In this document: positions 62,046 through 64,000 of the stretch, in pieces | How the letters are laid out: the number at the start of each line of letters is the position of its first letter | Position numbering within the stretch: position 1 is the stretch's first letter | NCBI GenBank assembly: GCA_007134875.1 | Contig: SLJY01000109.1 | Span: 6,555 to 70,554 of the forward strand | Length of the DNA stretch: 64,000 nucleotides | Origin: Desulfobacterales bacterium | Lineage (GTDB): Bacteria > Desulfobacterota > Desulfobacteria > Desulfobacterales > Desulfosalsimonadaceae | Direction of reading: 5' to 3' | Made by a program: the position numbers and the translations under genes | Notes under the pieces: model-generated | The model's database searches: none | What the model saw: only the letters and a program-made list of their open reading frames with translations | Told to the model about the DNA's origin: nothing

Positions 62046-63588
62046 GCGCGGGGTTCCTTTCGATCGCCCGTCGCAAATGCTCGATCATGGTCAGGGTGTG
62101 GGGGGTAACGGGCGCCCTGGAAAGGTCCTTGATCAGCAATATTTCCCCCAACTCGCGTTCCCCGGCCAGCAAAGGGAGCCGGAGCCGGAGCAGGGGGCGG
62201 CAGCCGTCGGCGTTTTTTCCCGCCTGATGGGCGCCTGCCCCGGGTTCCGTCGTCCGGAACCCGTTTCGCGACCATGCCTGCCGGATTCCGCCGGTTTCGC
62301 CGGTGCTTCCGGCAATGGCTTTTCCGGCGGACTTCCCGTCGCCTGTGCCGATGCGGATCTCGGCAAAATCCATATCCATCTCTTCAAGCGCGCGGCAGAT
62401 GTTTTCCCACATCGCCTGCATATCGGGAGAACCGGTCACCGCCACCTGGAGGTTCAAAAAACGCCTGCGGCGCGGCGCAACCCCGGTGACAAAGGAAAAA
62501 TCTCCCAGCCAGCTCCGGAATTTTTCACCGTCGATGTAGCTGAAATATCCCATCACCTTCAAAAAGGCAAAAATCAGTACGCCGATGCCCAGCAGGAGCA
62601 CGAACAGGCCGAATCGTTCGCTTTTTACGTGCATCAGCGCCAGCGAATAGATCCCGATGGCCAGCGTCAGGCAATAGAGAAGCAGCAGCGCCTTTCTGCT
62701 GGAAAAGCCTATTTTGAGAAGGTGGTGGTGGATATGCCCGCAGTCTGCTTCCATGGGGTTTCTTCCCAAAACGACCCGTCGGATGGGCGAAAAGACGGCC
62801 TCGAACACGGGCAGGCTCATGGCCAGAAGCGGAATGAGCAGCGCCGCGCCCACCTGTCCTTTAACGGACCCCATAATCGAAAAAGCCGCGATGCAGTAGC
62901 CCAGAAAATAGCTGCCGCTGTCGCCCAGAAACAATTTGCCGCCGTTTTCCCGGAAGTTGAAAGGGAGAAAGCCGGCGATTGATCCCGCCAAAAGGATAAA
63001 AAGTCCGGCAAGGGGTAGTTGCCCGGTGGCTGTGAGAAAGACGCCCATTACCACGCAGGCGAACAGCGTGATGCCCGAGGCCAGGCCGTCGAGTCCGTCG
63101 GCCAGGTTCACGGCGTTGACCAGCAGCAGAAACCAGAAAACGGTAAGCGGCAGGTTGATCCACGGATTGGCGGAGATGTCGATATCGAAGGGAAGGGCGA
63201 TGAATGCCCCGATCACAATCCCGCCGGCGTATGCGGATAGCGCCGCAATAACCTGCAGGGCCAGCTTGGGCCACGGCCCCAGCCCCCACACATCGTCTAC
63301 GAACCCGGTGACGAAGCAGGTGAAGGCGCCTGCCAGGAAAAACAAAAGCGCGCCGTCTTCGGTAAGCGGGCTCCGGATATCGGGCCAGAACAGGGCGGTG
63401 GCGGTTATCGCCGCCAGAAAGGAAAGAAAAATCCCAAGCCCGCCGATTCGCACGGCGGTTTCCAGATGAAGCTTTCTGCTGCCCGGAGCGTCGGTGGCGC
63501 CCAGCCGCATCCCTATGCGCCGGACGGCCGGGCAGAGGACGAGCGAAACGGTAAAGGCGATGAAAAATGGTATCAGCAGTATACTCAT
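62008..63588 (-). CDS. WecA/MraY-family polyprenyl-phosphate sugar-1-phosphate transferase with ~190-aa C-terminal extension
   Basis: 526 aa. The N-terminal ~330 aa are polytopic with DAPGSRKLHLETAVRIGGLGIF and NAVNLADGLDGLA. The C-terminal soluble domain is unrecognised. Converges on and overlaps the HlyD gene by 38 nt. Confidence 0.8.
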   Translation of the reverse strand: MSILLIPFFIAFTVSLVLCPAVRRIGMRLGATDAPGSRKLHLETAVRIGGLGIFLSFLAAITATALFWPDIRSPLTEDGALLFFLAGAFTCFVTGFVDDVWGLGPWPKLALQVIAALSAYAGGIVIGAFIALPFDIDISANPWINLPLTVFWFLLLVNAVNLADGLDGLASGITLFACVVMGVFLTATGQLPLAGLFILLAGSIAGFLPFNFRENGGKLFLGDSGSYFLGYCIAAFSIMGSVKGQVGAALLIPLLAMSLPVFEAVFSPIRRVVLGRNPMEADCGHIHHHLLKIGFSSRKALLLLYCLTLAIGIYSLALMHVKSERFGLFVLLLGIGVLIFAFLKVMGYFSYIDGEKFRSWLGDFSFVTGVAPRRRRFLNLQVAVTGSPDMQAMWENICRALEEMDMDFAEIRIGTGDGKSAGKAIAGSTGETGGIRQAWSRNGFRTTEPGAGAHQAGKNADGCRPLLRLRLPLLAGERELGEILLIKDLSRAPVTPHTLTMIEHLRRAIERNPALRAPGGNDPSSR

Positions 63589-63682
63589 ACTCTATCCGGC
63601 AGTGCGTTTCCCGCACGGTTGAGTTGTTGGCGCGTTTTGCCTTCCTGCCGTTTATCCGATGGAAAGCCGGTTGAATTGTTGC

Positions 63683-63711
63683 TTGATTTCAGGGCCCGGA
63701 ACGTTTATATA
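63683..63711 (+). promoter_or_regulatory. sigma-70-type promoter
   Basis: TTGATT-N17-TATATA, followed by the shared leader element at 63721. Confidence 0.45.
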
Positions 63712-63720
63712 TGATCCTTT

Positions 63721-63740
63721 ATTTATAAGCGGAAGGTAAA
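63721..63740 (+). promoter_or_regulatory. shared early-leader element ATTTATAAGCGGAAGGTAAA (ops-like)
   Basis: Matches 54941-54960 at 17 of 20 positions, in the same position relative to a -10 box. Confidence 0.4.
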
Positions 63741-63960
63741 ATTCAAGAAAATATATATTAAACAGGATCGTTTTGCAATGCCGCTGCAGTGTATTTTTTT
63801 TCGGGGGCCGGATGGCGATGCACGCCCGGTGCATGGCGGGTTTTCGGAAGGACGGGCTGCCGCTGGCTTTCGGCCCGGTTCATCCGCCCGGCGCTTCGAT
63901 GCGCCGGAGCAAAAGCCCCATGAGCCCGAACATAAACCGGGGCCGGAACATAAAACGGCT

Positions 63961-64000
63961 ATGCGGGTTCTCCACGTATTCAAGACCAATTACCTGCAGC
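63961..64000 (+). CDS. possible start of a glycosyltransferase gene running off the window
   Basis: ATG 63961 gives MRVLHVFKTNYLQ, resembling the N-termini of GT-B glycosyltransferases (M[RK][IV]LH[VF]xKT). The frame is open from 63778 to the window end. Only 13 codons are visible. Confidence 0.3.
   Translation, partial: MRVLHVFKTNYLQ

Noticed and set aside
63880-63999. Possible 3' end of a minus-strand gene running into the window (…LQVIGLEYVENPHSRFMFRPRFMFGLMGLLLRRIEAPGG*), and listed ORF 63723..63989 (-).
   Set aside because: The peptides have no recognisable motif. The + strand reading (MRVLHVFKTNYLQ from 63961) with an upstream promoter and shared leader element is more coherent. It cannot be resolved without sequence beyond 64 kb.

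Overview
High-GC (~60%) bacterial chromosomal segment. It looks deltaproteobacterial (Desulfobacterota-like), but that is inference from gene content and repeat families only. Nt ~2,100-42,250 hold an almost complete flagellar regulon on the + strand: flgBC-fliEFGHIJ-motE-like-fliK-flgDE, motAB-fliLMNOPQR-flhBAFG-fliA, flgFGAHIJ, flgMN-flgKL-csrA-fliW. No flagellin, fliD or fliS lies in the window. A divergent sigma-54 activator and a GGDEF/EAL protein sit on the left. The cluster is split at 32.0-33.4 kb by a RAYT-type tyrosine transposase flanked by 25-nt REP repeats. A ~120-150-nt MITE-like palindromic repeat family also peppers the window. The right third (42.3-64 kb) is accessory-looking. 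It holds an orphan AbiEi-like wHTH protein with a perfect 23-bp palindromic operator and a second sigma-54 response regulator. Next come a sigma-54-driven cheW plus EAL/HDOD pair, a Cache-type MCP interrupted by one in-frame TAG, and an HD-GYP protein coupled to an unknown 321-aa ORF. The last block is a locus of a NusG paralog, a sulfurylase-like/APS-kinase fusion, a type I secretion system with two ABC paralogs, and WecA-like and GT-like glycosyltransferases. In the non-coding DNA I could read several sigma-54, sigma-28 and sigma-70 type promoters. I also found a recurring GTC-N8-GAC box upstream of sigma-54 promoters, and a ~45-nt conserved leader cassette abutting six start sites. Two sigma-70 promoters are followed by a shared ops-like leader element. 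No rRNA, tRNA or CRISPR array was recognised. All functional calls come from motif recognition in the supplied translations and from synteny; no database search was run.
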